DNA of 64,000 nt. Source: a virus. Taxonomy: Duplodnaviria > Caudoviricetes. This document shows positions 1 to 9,345 of the stretch, in pieces. The stretch covers positions 4,145 through 68,144 of the IMG/VR virus record IMGVR_UViG_3300031555_004120. One strand, written 5' to 3'. Positions within the stretch are counted from its first letter, which is position 1; each line of letters begins with the position of its first letter. The notes beneath the pieces were generated by a model. That model ran no database searches. It saw only the letters and a program-made list of their open reading frames with translations, and was not told the origin of the DNA. Both the position numbers and the translations under genes were made by a program.

Positions 1-1031
1 TTATCAGCCTGAGCCTGTGCAGCAGCAACAGCATCAGCATTAGCCTTAATTTCTCCAGCCTTAAGAGCAGCAACAGCATCAGCAACCTTCTTATCTACAG
101 AACCTTCAGTAGTAGAATCACCATTCAAAGTTGCAATAGCAGCCTTGTTAGTATCAGCCTGAGCCTGTGCAGCATCAGCAGCATCCTTAGCTACCTTAAC
201 AGCAGCATCTACTTCAGATTCAGTGTAGTAGTTAGAAAGATCAACTTTCAAACCAGCTTCAGTTAATACAAGAGCGTTACCTTCTACAGGATCAACAACT
301 ACATCAACCTTGATTACGTTGTCATCACCTACAGCAACATTTGCAGAGTTGGTCTTACCACCAGTATAGATGTCAACCAATGCAGATGCAGGGATAATCA
401 GCTCAGTACCATCATTCAAATGAAGTTCGATATTCTGAGTTTCCGGATTGTACTTATTTTCTGCATTGGGATCAAGGAAGATATCCTTACCAATGTTAAC
501 TTCGATAGCAGTGCCACCAGATACAGGTAAAGTTAACTTACGAGTAGTTGCATCCCAAGTAGGAGTTGTAACAACGCCAGGTACAGTTACAGTAGAGGTA
601 GAATCATCACCCTTAGTAACAACAACCTGAGCATCTGCAGTACCAGCAGCTACTTCCTTAACGATAGCAGTACCACCAGTTACTTCAGCAATAGCTGCAG
701 TAATAGCACTGTAAACTGCCTTAGCAGAAGCAACATGCATATCATCGCTGTTCTTATCAACAGCAGTTACCATAGGATAGCTGAGAACAACCCAAGCACC
801 GTTTACATAAGTTTCTACAGTATTAGTATCAGCTAATACATAGATCTTACCAACAACAGGAGTACCAGGCTTAGTAGCTGCAGCTACTACGGAATTAGTG
901 AAATCAACGTCACCTTTGTACAGCTTTCCGGTATCTGTACAGAAATACAATACGTTAGCATCCTTTGTTGCTAAAGCGTTGTAGCTAGCCTGAAGACCAG
1001 CTAAGAGAACTTTGTTATATGTGTTCGCCAT
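1..1031 (-). CDS. Tail-fibre-like structural protein, N-terminal ~343 aa, runs off the left edge of the window (missing from the ORF track)
   Basis: ATG at 1031 with GAGG RBS. Stop-free frame MANTYNKVLLAGLQASYNALATKDANVLYFCTDTGKLYKG... to position 3. Ala/Val/Thr/Asp-rich with coiled-coil-like AAQAQAD repeats; codon usage like the major structural genes. Confidence 0.7.
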   Translation of the reverse strand, partial: MANTYNKVLLAGLQASYNALATKDANVLYFCTDTGKLYKGDVDFTNSVVAAATKPGTPVVGKIYVLADTNTVETYVNGAWVVLSYPMVTAVDKNSDDMHVASAKAVYSAITAAIAEVTGGTAIVKEVAAGTADAQVVVTKGDDSTSTVTVPGVVTTPTWDATTRKLTLPVSGGTAIEVNIGKDIFLDPNAENKYNPETQNIELHLNDGTELIIPASALVDIYTGGKTNSANVAVGDDNVIKVDVVVDPVEGNALVLTEAGLKVDLSNYYTESEVDAAVKVAKDAADAAQAQADTNKAAIATLNGDSTTEGSVDKKVADAVAALKAGEIKANADAVAAAQAQAD

Positions 1032-1251
1032 AATCAAATTCCTCAACTTTCTTTTTATTATTTTTTGTTTATTTAATTTAAGGGAACCAATATCTTCTAA
1101 ATATCAATTCCCTAAAATCCATGAGTTTCATTCTTCCGACTTTGCGATTAGCCAGAATACATTAAGCACATCTGGTAGTTTTATATGCCAATAATCTAAA
1201 AAATATACCTTAACCAAAAGCTAGTGAATATTTTTTATATTAATGTTGACA

Positions 1252-2178
1252 TTAAAAGTCTCCCCAAGATGCGGTTGTCATCGCACCGAAGTAATCCTCC
1301 ATTGTAGCATCTGGTTTTCCGATAGCTTCTTTCCAGAGATCAAATGCAGATTTACCATCAACACCATCTCTACCATCTTCCCCATCTTCTCCTTCAAGAG
1401 ATTTGATAAAGTCTTCTTCAGTACCAACATTTCCCAAATCCAACCAAATTTGATAAGCAGACTTACCAACTAATGAATTCAAGAAATCAACAATAGATCC
1501 TTCATTACCAGCATCGAGCCAGAGGTCATAAGCAGATTTGCCATTAACACCATCTTTACCTTTGAAGTAATTGAAGTAATCATCAAGATTTGCGTCAGGA
1601 CCACCAATATTATCCTTCCAGATTTCAAAAGCAGACTGACCTTCAAGAGATTTGATAAACTCTTCCTGAGTACCAATGTTACCCAAAGCAAGCCAAATCT
1701 CATATGCTGATTCTCCATGTAAATATTCGAAGAATGCATCCATGTCACCTTTGTGACCCTCTTTCAGCCATAAATCATAAGCTGAATCACCAGCATCACC
1801 TTTGGCTCCCCTAATATCATCGATAAAGTCTACAACTGTACCTTCGTTTCCGATAGCCAGCCAAATTTCATAAGTAGATTTACCAGCAGGTCCAATAAGA
1901 GACTCTAAAAAGTCACTTGTAGTTCCAGTATTACCAGCTTCTACCCAAATTTCATAAGCAGACTTACCATCTTCAGGTTTACTATGATCTCCCACATAAG
2001 GGAGTCTGATATATCGAGTTTCACCATCACCGATTTTCAGTTTCTTAGTATCCCATTCAAATGCAGGTTCACCATTTAAGAGAATAGGGTTCGCTCTACG
2101 GAATGCTCCAGAGGAACCCCTCTTAAACTGTAAAGGTTTTGTCTTGGGTTTAGGTATAGATGAACCGTAATCTACCAT
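1252..2178 (-). CDS. Repeat-containing virion/tail-fibre-like protein (GKSAYEIW repeats)
   Basis: About 7 imperfect G(K/E/D/Q)SA(Y/F)(E/D/Q)(I/L)W repeats with short Gly-X-Y stretches; lies in the structural cluster. Confidence 0.6.
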   Translation of the reverse strand: MVDYGSSIPKPKTKPLQFKRGSSGAFRRANPILLNGEPAFEWDTKKLKIGDGETRYIRLPYVGDHSKPEDGKSAYEIWVEAGNTGTTSDFLESLIGPAGKSTYEIWLAIGNEGTVVDFIDDIRGAKGDAGDSAYDLWLKEGHKGDMDAFFEYLHGESAYEIWLALGNIGTQEEFIKSLEGQSAFEIWKDNIGGPDANLDDYFNYFKGKDGVNGKSAYDLWLDAGNEGSIVDFLNSLVGKSAYQIWLDLGNVGTEEDFIKSLEGEDGEDGRDGVDGKSAFDLWKEAIGKPDATMEDYFGAMTTASWGDF

Positions 2179-2207
2179 ATGTTTGTCCTCCCAAGAATTT
2201 TATTTAA

Positions 2208-3626
2208 TTATTTTACGATATATTTAGAACCAAGAATACCTACAAGTTCTTCAGAAATAGTTACATCTGCAGAACGAGAGATCTTAATATATTCAATGAT
2301 ATCGTTAGTAGTGATAACTTCACCACCATCAGTACCAATAACGATATTGTAAGTACCAGTAGTGATATCCAGCTTAACAGAACCGGTTGTACCAGTTACA
2401 GTCTTATCTTCAGTTTCACCGCCAATGTAAAGATTCTCAATCTCACATTTGTCAATCTTGGTCTTTACAGAACCAGCTTTACCACGGTTTACAGTCTGGA
2501 ATACTTTAATTTCAGACTTAATGATTTCAGCAATATCGAAATCAGTCTTACCATTAGATCCACCACCTGCTGTGAACCAACCAATCTTAGAATTCTCTAC
2601 CTTACAATATGCATTGTTGGTATACTGGTTACCGGCATTACCTGCAGTAAATAATAATTCAATTTCAGAGTTAGATACAAACAAGTTAGAATTCTTAACC
2701 CATACATTACATTTAAAATCGGGATCTGCATCACTTACACTTGCATCTCTCACACCAGTAATCATTGACTGACCGGTAGCCACATTTGTAACTTTAGAAT
2801 CCTGGATACTAACGTTAACATTGTTAACTCTTACAGCACCAGCAAAACCAGTTACAAGATTCAATTCAGAATCAATAACTTTAACGCTTACATTATTTAC
2901 AGAAGTAAAAGGATTTTCTTCTGAATTTTCAAAAGTAGATCCACCGTAAACTCTAGCTACAATATCCTGATTCTTAACACCAATGATAGATACATCAGTA
3001 CTTTCAAGAGGAGTACCATCAACACTACCACCGATAATGTTAGCTTTCTTAGTAATCTCTACAGGAACACCAGTAGGACCTACAACAAAGACTTTATCAT
3101 CTTCACCATATACCTTCATGGTATTACCATTACCAACTACTACTAATTCGCAGTCCTTATGAGGTCCAACGATAGGTCCATCGATAATCATAATATCGTT
3201 CTTGTATTCGAATACAGCTACAGGAGAAAAGCTTTCAAGTTTACCCCATACATAGCCATCAATCACTTCTACATCTTCAATATTTTCCCAAGTATCTTCT
3301 TTTTCGTTGTAATGTAAAGCAACAACTTTATCAGAAGAAACCTTTTCAGGACAAAGAAGAGTAAGTTCGTTAGGAGTACCTTCTACATCATACACACCAA
3401 CATATGCAGATACAAAAGTATTCTCAGGAATAGCTTCCAAAGCAACACAGTTTTCTGTAAGTACTTCGTTTTCCATCTTCTGTACAGCAACAGCTGCAAC
3501 ATCAGACTTAAAAGAAGTAGAGAAAGTAGAACTAGAAGCAGGGAAGTCAACAGGAATTAACTTGTCCCAATACTTCTGAATTCTTCCCTGATAAATTTTA
3601 GGAAGTTCATGTTTACAAACAAACAT
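2208..3626 (-). CDS. Hypothetical structural protein with beta-rich C-terminal half
   Basis: 472-aa ORF with RBS; V/I/S/N-rich repeats suggestive of a beta-solenoid. Confidence 0.5.
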   Translation of the reverse strand: MFVCKHELPKIYQGRIQKYWDKLIPVDFPASSSTFSTSFKSDVAAVAVQKMENEVLTENCVALEAIPENTFVSAYVGVYDVEGTPNELTLLCPEKVSSDKVVALHYNEKEDTWENIEDVEVIDGYVWGKLESFSPVAVFEYKNDIMIIDGPIVGPHKDCELVVVGNGNTMKVYGEDDKVFVVGPTGVPVEITKKANIIGGSVDGTPLESTDVSIIGVKNQDIVARVYGGSTFENSEENPFTSVNNVSVKVIDSELNLVTGFAGAVRVNNVNVSIQDSKVTNVATGQSMITGVRDASVSDADPDFKCNVWVKNSNLFVSNSEIELLFTAGNAGNQYTNNAYCKVENSKIGWFTAGGGSNGKTDFDIAEIIKSEIKVFQTVNRGKAGSVKTKIDKCEIENLYIGGETEDKTVTGTTGSVKLDITTGTYNIVIGTDGGEVITTNDIIEYIKISRSADVTISEELVGILGSKYIVK

Positions 3627-3669
3627 ATCTTTTATCTCCTTTCAGATTCTTTACATATTTATGATGGTT

Positions 3670-4185
3670 TTACCATACTGCATCTTCGATGCCGTTATCA
3701 GGATTAGACATATCCGTATTAATAGCTTCATGACGAGGAACAGGCATAGTTCCTTCCTGATCTAAGATCTCATCTCTGCCAACTCTAATCGGATACCAGG
3801 TACAACCATCTTTACTCCACTGGAGTCTTCCTTTGACAATTCTCAAATAAGGAACTGCCATATCACCTTTTACTGTACAAACAGTTTCGATGTTATCACC
3901 TTTGGCAATCACTTCAAGTTCGAGAATATTCATAGGAGAAAATCTAGCTTTGCTAGAATCGAAGTCATCTGAACTATCAACGATAATATACCAACCTTTA
4001 GGATCATTGCCAGTAGCTGATACTACAAGTACCTTGCCACATGCATGTTTTCTGATACCATTAGCATTGTATACTACGTCAATTAAATCTCCAACGCCAA
4101 TAACAGCTTCTTTCACTGCACCATTATCATAAGTGAGATTGACTCTTATAGACGTAACTGCTGAGCATTTAATATTCATCAACAT
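3670..4185 (-). CDS. Hypothetical protein
   Basis: 171-aa ORF with AGGT RBS and a late-type promoter motif upstream. Confidence 0.6.
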   Translation of the reverse strand: MLMNIKCSAVTSIRVNLTYDNGAVKEAVIGVGDLIDVVYNANGIRKHACGKVLVVSATGNDPKGWYIIVDSSDDFDSSKARFSPMNILELEVIAKGDNIETVCTVKGDMAVPYLRIVKGRLQWSKDGCTWYPIRVGRDEILDQEGTMPVPRHEAINTDMSNPDNGIEDAVW

Positions 4186-4313
4186 ACTTCTATTTACCTA
4201 CCTTTCTTAGATTTTATTTTAATTTACAGTATTTATACCAAAACCAAAATAATATGATTTTATTATAAAGTTCAGACTAAAATGGGGATACTGGTCTCCC
4301 AGTATCCCCATCT

Positions 4314-5531
4314 TTAAAATTTATTTCTTTCATTAACATTTTTGATTACATCGATAAGATTATTCCTGAATTTATCAGATTTGTCTCCATCTAACATTAC
4401 GCAGTAATATAAGAAATAGTACATGTAAGCATGTTCAAGAACATTATCTACAGAATAACTCTGACATTGTCTACAGAAAGCAATAAGAAGCATAATGACA
4501 TCAATTTTATCATATCCAAGAGGAGCAAGATGTCTTGTTAATACAGTTTCTGCAATTGTAATATCATAAATATTATTTACAGAATCCCTATATTTGGACA
4601 AAAATCCTGCATAAACTCTCTTATCAGGTCTTTCGATATCATAACGTTTAATCTTACAGGTCTTAGCAAACTCTTTTAATTCAGTAAGATTTCTTGCTTC
4701 TTCGATTCTATCAAGAATTGCATTAAGTCTTTCTCTCTTACCTTCATCTTCAATAGAATTTGCAGCTTCTCTGTAAGCAGCGTTTCTTTCATCAATATAT
4801 TCAAGTCCACCTTCTGCTGTCATAATAGATGAATTATTATAGATATTTTCTAATTCTTTTGCAAAATCTGTTTTAGCTCTATCCATCTTAATATTATGGA
4901 TAAATTCATCCAACAAACTATGTGCAATTCTATTTCTTGCTGATGCAAGCATTTTAGCATTAGCAATAGCCATATTACCAATACCTTCTGTGATATAAGA
5001 ATCAACCAGTTTCTTTACTTCATCCGGAGATTCTTTATAAGCATTGAACTTTTCTCCTTTAATCTTACGATTAACAATATCAAGAAGATCTCTTAAAGCC
5101 TGAGCAGAAATATCTACATCTGGAGCAAGTTCTTCAACTAATGTATCATCGTCAGCAGATTTGAGATATGAAATAATCTCCTCCTCTGTAAACGGTTTGC
5201 TTGTCAAAATATCAGGATCTCCATCATTAATTTGTTTAATAACACCAGCAAAGTCATATTTTAATTCTTCACCAGCTCTACCAATGATTTTATGTTCACC
5301 AGTATTAGGATCTACAAGTACATTCATCTTTACTGCTTCTACTTCTTCTGATCCTTCTACATTCATATTATCAGAAGTAACAAGATTAGGCTCAATGCCT
5401 TCCGTATCCTTCTTAAGCTGTTCAATAAACTGGTTAGATTCATCAATAGACTCTTTATTAGCTTCTATGTATTCTTTCATATCTATAATTGAAGCATTAT
5501 TTCCTTTTAAGTCTTCTCCGAAAGTACTCAT
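4314..5531 (-). CDS. Hypothetical acidic helical protein
   Basis: 405-aa ORF followed by a hairpin terminator at 4282-4311. Confidence 0.6.
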   Translation of the reverse strand: MSTFGEDLKGNNASIIDMKEYIEANKESIDESNQFIEQLKKDTEGIEPNLVTSDNMNVEGSEEVEAVKMNVLVDPNTGEHKIIGRAGEELKYDFAGVIKQINDGDPDILTSKPFTEEEIISYLKSADDDTLVEELAPDVDISAQALRDLLDIVNRKIKGEKFNAYKESPDEVKKLVDSYITEGIGNMAIANAKMLASARNRIAHSLLDEFIHNIKMDRAKTDFAKELENIYNNSSIMTAEGGLEYIDERNAAYREAANSIEDEGKRERLNAILDRIEEARNLTELKEFAKTCKIKRYDIERPDKRVYAGFLSKYRDSVNNIYDITIAETVLTRHLAPLGYDKIDVIMLLIAFCRQCQSYSVDNVLEHAYMYYFLYYCVMLDGDKSDKFRNNLIDVIKNVNERNKF

Positions 5532-5537
5532 ATAATA

Positions 5538-5870
5538 TCATGTCTCCTTTTTATTAATTTCATCTAATTTAAATTCTAATATTGTTGAAGTTTGCATTTG
5601 CAAATCTCCAACAATACTAAGCATAAGCTTATTATCTTTAAAACCATTATATTCTGCTCTGGGAGATAATAAGGGATAAACCTCTCCATTTTCTGTTTCT
5701 ATCATGATAGGTTTATCTAAAGATGATAAATGTTTATTTGTCAAATTTACAACTTCTTGAGAATAAGTTCTCATATTTCTACTTGGAGAATCAAATTTCA
5801 TTAATACTGAAGAACAAGTTATTTTTTCTTTAATATTTTTTAAAACCTCTTCATTATCAATATTATTCAT
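5538..5870 (-). CDS. Small hypothetical protein with a prohead-protease-like N-terminal motif
   Basis: FDSPSRNMRTYSQE resembles ADEKNRNGRFYAHE in the protease at 33963; no catalytic His/Ser motifs seen. Confidence 0.35.
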   Translation of the reverse strand: MNNIDNEEVLKNIKEKITCSSVLMKFDSPSRNMRTYSQEVVNLTNKHLSSLDKPIMIETENGEVYPLLSPRAEYNGFKDNKLMLSIVGDLQMQTSTILEFKLDEINKKET

Positions 5871-5880
5871 TAGAATCTCC

Positions 5881-6654
5881 TTATAAATTTACAGTATCTC
5901 TTACATTAAAAGATTCCTGAGTTCTAGACTGAAGCTGTAACTTAATAGTTGTCAACAACTGAGCCATATATCTCTGATCCTGTAAGAAAACCGCATAATA
6001 ATTTTTGTAAATATCACCGGTATCAACCAATAACTGAGATAAAGTTAATGCTGTTGGTTGATCAACAAAATACTGAAATAGAACCTCGATAGGTACATCA
6101 TAAGCTGTCATGTTCAAAATAATCTTATTAAGATTAGCATGAATTAACTGAAATTTAGGATCAATATAACTCTTAGCCATCATATCCTTTTCTCTTGGCT
6201 TTTTAATATTATCATCAGCTACAAGATAAGCATAAATACTATCCATATTATTGATAATATATTTGATATAGAAATCTACCATATAATCAGTAAACCGAGA
6301 GATAAAAATATCGTACAGAGAATGAGCTATACCATAAAGCTCAACAGGGTTAATTTCTTCAAAAGGTTTTGTAAATACCAGATTATAATACTGACAAATA
6401 ACCTGAATAATTTCCTTATAGCTTTCTAATCTTGTTTCATTTACTTTTTCCTGATAATCAGGAGCTGCAATTAATACGGTATTAAATTGTCTTTCCAATA
6501 TATCTACAAAATTGGGCATAGGCTGAGCAAAAGGTCTAAATCTCATCTGTAAAGAATCATGTACCGTATTCATGACCCAAGCAGAATCAAAATTACTCAG
6601 AATAGACCCAATTGCCACATCTGTATCGATAGATCCAGCAAAGTTATTATTCAT
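5881..6654 (-). CDS. Hypothetical protein
   Basis: Start refined to ATG 6654 (AGGAGG RBS); 257 aa. Confidence 0.6.
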   Translation of the reverse strand: MNNNFAGSIDTDVAIGSILSNFDSAWVMNTVHDSLQMRFRPFAQPMPNFVDILERQFNTVLIAAPDYQEKVNETRLESYKEIIQVICQYYNLVFTKPFEEINPVELYGIAHSLYDIFISRFTDYMVDFYIKYIINNMDSIYAYLVADDNIKKPREKDMMAKSYIDPKFQLIHANLNKIILNMTAYDVPIEVLFQYFVDQPTALTLSQLLVDTGDIYKNYYAVFLQDQRYMAQLLTTIKLQLQSRTQESFNVRDTVNL

Positions 6655-6843
6655 AACAAAACATCCTCCTAGTATCGTATTTATCATAAAGTTGAATAAC
6701 CATTAAAAAAGAAAAATAGCAGTCCTAGTGGATCGCAACCACTAGGACCACTTCTGATTATATGAAAATAAGTCTCAAGAAAAGTGCACTCTTTCGAATA
6801 CATTTTCTATTATATAAAGGTTAAGATTTTTAGAAAAAATCTT

Positions 6844-9084
6844 TTATAGCATATCATAGAATTTAGACAAATTACCTTGCAAGTATTCATGTTCAGGATG
6901 ATAACCTTCATTTTCATCATCAAAATCTGTATCATTTAAGAATAATGAATTTGGTAATGTTGTTAATTGTTGATTTGCAGCATAGCCAAGATTTACTACA
7001 TTAATACCTGTGTCTATTTCTAATGATGCAGCAGCACCTTTATCATTAGCAATTAAAATATTTCGAGCTTCTATTTTTCCAATAAATTGAGAAGCAGCAA
7101 GATCATCACTTGTAATAAATCTTGTATCCTTCTCAATCCATTCTAACTCTGCAGCAATATCTTCTTTAACTTCAAAAGTAGAACCATTAAAATCAATTTT
7201 TTCTCGTGCTTCGAGAGCATCTTCAATTTCTACAGATTCAATATCTTCATCAGTATCAGTTTTAATTGTAGACTTTCTGATTCCGAAGTTCTCTATCAGA
7301 TTATGTCCATCATACCATACATAAAGAGCCATTAAGTATGAGAATACCTGGTCATCGTGAGATCTATCAGAGTGCTCAACCTTACCATTCTTCTTAACTT
7401 GCATTGCCCTCATTTCTTCAAGAATTATAGGAGCTACGAACTTATCCTTATGATACATTGCTCTTTCCATAAGAATTTCTACAAGTCTTGCTCTTACAGA
7501 CTTTGTAGAGTCTAAGCCGTAAACTTTAACTTTACGATTCTGTTTCTGTACTCTTGTACCATTGTAACTTTCTTCGACAACTCTGTCTTTGATTTCCCAA
7601 TAAAGGTTCTTCTTAACAGAAGTCTTAACCAAACGTTGAATAACTGCAGATCCGAAACCTCCATTACGTTCGATATTTATTATAGCATTTGGCATATATT
7701 TGGTTACAAGTTCATATATTACTTGAGCCAAATCATCTGCAGGAATAAAGTTACAATTTAATGTAGCACAAACTCTAGTTGTTCTAGAATCTATTACAGT
7801 AATAGCAGAAGAGTCATTAAATGTAGCACCAGCAACGTCGACTCCAATAATAGGAGGATATGATAAATCAAGATCCTCATATATATTAAACTGATACTGT
7901 CTAAACTTGCCAAAGAAAATAGTTCTAATAGGTTCCTTAATATGAAGCTTAATAATATCCAAATCTTCTTGAGCAAAAGGACAATCAGTTGCAGTTTCTG
8001 CCCATTCAAGCATAACTTCTCGTCTTATCTTAGCCCAGTTAGATTGCATTTCTACTACCATTCGTTTAAAGTAATCCTGACCAGAACCTAACTGTTGATA
8101 TGTATAAGATACCAGGAACATGTTAGACTGATTATTAGAATCTCTAAGTCCAATAAGTTCTTGATATGACATATCATAGTATTCTTCTTTCCAAGGTGTA
8201 GCCTTATTTCTAATCTCATAAGCATAAATACCAGAGTTAGTCAACAAGTCACCAGGTGTTGTTGTAATAAGCATTCCATAAGGAGCATTATTTTGTCTTG
8301 CATTTTCTGAAGCTTTGGAGAATGCAGGAACAGCTGCCATAAATACTTCTTCATTCCAAGGCATGAAAGCAAACTCGTCGTAATACTGAACAGGAATAGT
8401 AGCACCACGACCAAGGTTGTTAGCTGCATCTTTTGTTCTAGCACTTGGATAAGTATTAATCTTATTATTATTGAACGGATGCTGAATCATAACAACTGTA
8501 TTTGGAACTTTTAGTTTATTACCATTAATATCAATATTTGAAGACATTTGTAAATAACTAGGTAATGCATCTCTAATATTCTTTAATGTCTTGAGGTTAC
8601 CCTTAGAACCAGAATGATCTTTATGCATAAACATAATTTCAGAGTTGGATGTACCAAAGTTATAAATCCAAAGATATCTACAAACAGCAGCAATCGTTTT
8701 ACCATGCTGACGAGGCATTTCTACAAACATATTGAAGTTCAATATAAATAAGAAATTCATTGCTAAATTGCCTCGATGTAATTTATATCTAGCACCGCTA
8801 CCTACAGTACCACCTTGAACTGGTATTCTTATAATTTCTCTAAGGTAATACCAATAATTCAGTCTACATTCTTGTAGAATTCTTGCTTTCATATGAGTTG
8901 GAAGATTAGGATCTCGTGGATCTACTCCAGCTAATCCTGAATCTAATAACGCAAGAAAGAAATCGTTATTCTGAATACCTTTATTCTTGAGATAATAATG
9001 CATATCTAAGAATGATTGGTTAGTTGTAGACTTGTGAATCAGTACAGTTCTTTGCTGCTGTGGTAGCTGATTCATAACAGCCAT
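6844..9084 (-). CDS. terL: Terminase large subunit
   Basis: Walker A PRQHGKT, Walker B QYYDEFAF, motif LITTTPG, RNaseH-like nuclease IIGVDVAG and HDDQV; adjacent to the portal gene. Confidence 0.92.
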   Translation of the reverse strand: MAVMNQLPQQQRTVLIHKSTTNQSFLDMHYYLKNKGIQNNDFFLALLDSGLAGVDPRDPNLPTHMKARILQECRLNYWYYLREIIRIPVQGGTVGSGARYKLHRGNLAMNFLFILNFNMFVEMPRQHGKTIAAVCRYLWIYNFGTSNSEIMFMHKDHSGSKGNLKTLKNIRDALPSYLQMSSNIDINGNKLKVPNTVVMIQHPFNNNKINTYPSARTKDAANNLGRGATIPVQYYDEFAFMPWNEEVFMAAVPAFSKASENARQNNAPYGMLITTTPGDLLTNSGIYAYEIRNKATPWKEEYYDMSYQELIGLRDSNNQSNMFLVSYTYQQLGSGQDYFKRMVVEMQSNWAKIRREVMLEWAETATDCPFAQEDLDIIKLHIKEPIRTIFFGKFRQYQFNIYEDLDLSYPPIIGVDVAGATFNDSSAITVIDSRTTRVCATLNCNFIPADDLAQVIYELVTKYMPNAIINIERNGGFGSAVIQRLVKTSVKKNLYWEIKDRVVEESYNGTRVQKQNRKVKVYGLDSTKSVRARLVEILMERAMYHKDKFVAPIILEEMRAMQVKKNGKVEHSDRSHDDQVFSYLMALYVWYDGHNLIENFGIRKSTIKTDTDEDIESVEIEDALEAREKIDFNGSTFEVKEDIAAELEWIEKDTRFITSDDLAASQFIGKIEARNILIANDKGAAASLEIDTGINVVNLGYAANQQLTTLPNSLFLNDTDFDDENEGYHPEHEYLQGNLSKFYDML

Positions 9085-9345
9085 ATATTATTTTCTCCTT
9101 TCCTCTGAGATTTACAATCCTAGTGATTGTATTTTATTTAGAAGTGTACAAAATCAAAAGCAAGGACAGTAGAGATTACTCTCTACTGTCCAGATTTGGG
9201 CTTTTTAAGAATCTCAGATTTCAATAAAGGACCACTATCACAATATTTCCCTCTAGTACCAAAGAAAACTATATTATGAGCAGCACAAAACCAAATATTG
9301 TTATCCAATAGCTGTTTAAAACAACATTTCTTGCAAGTATCATCA

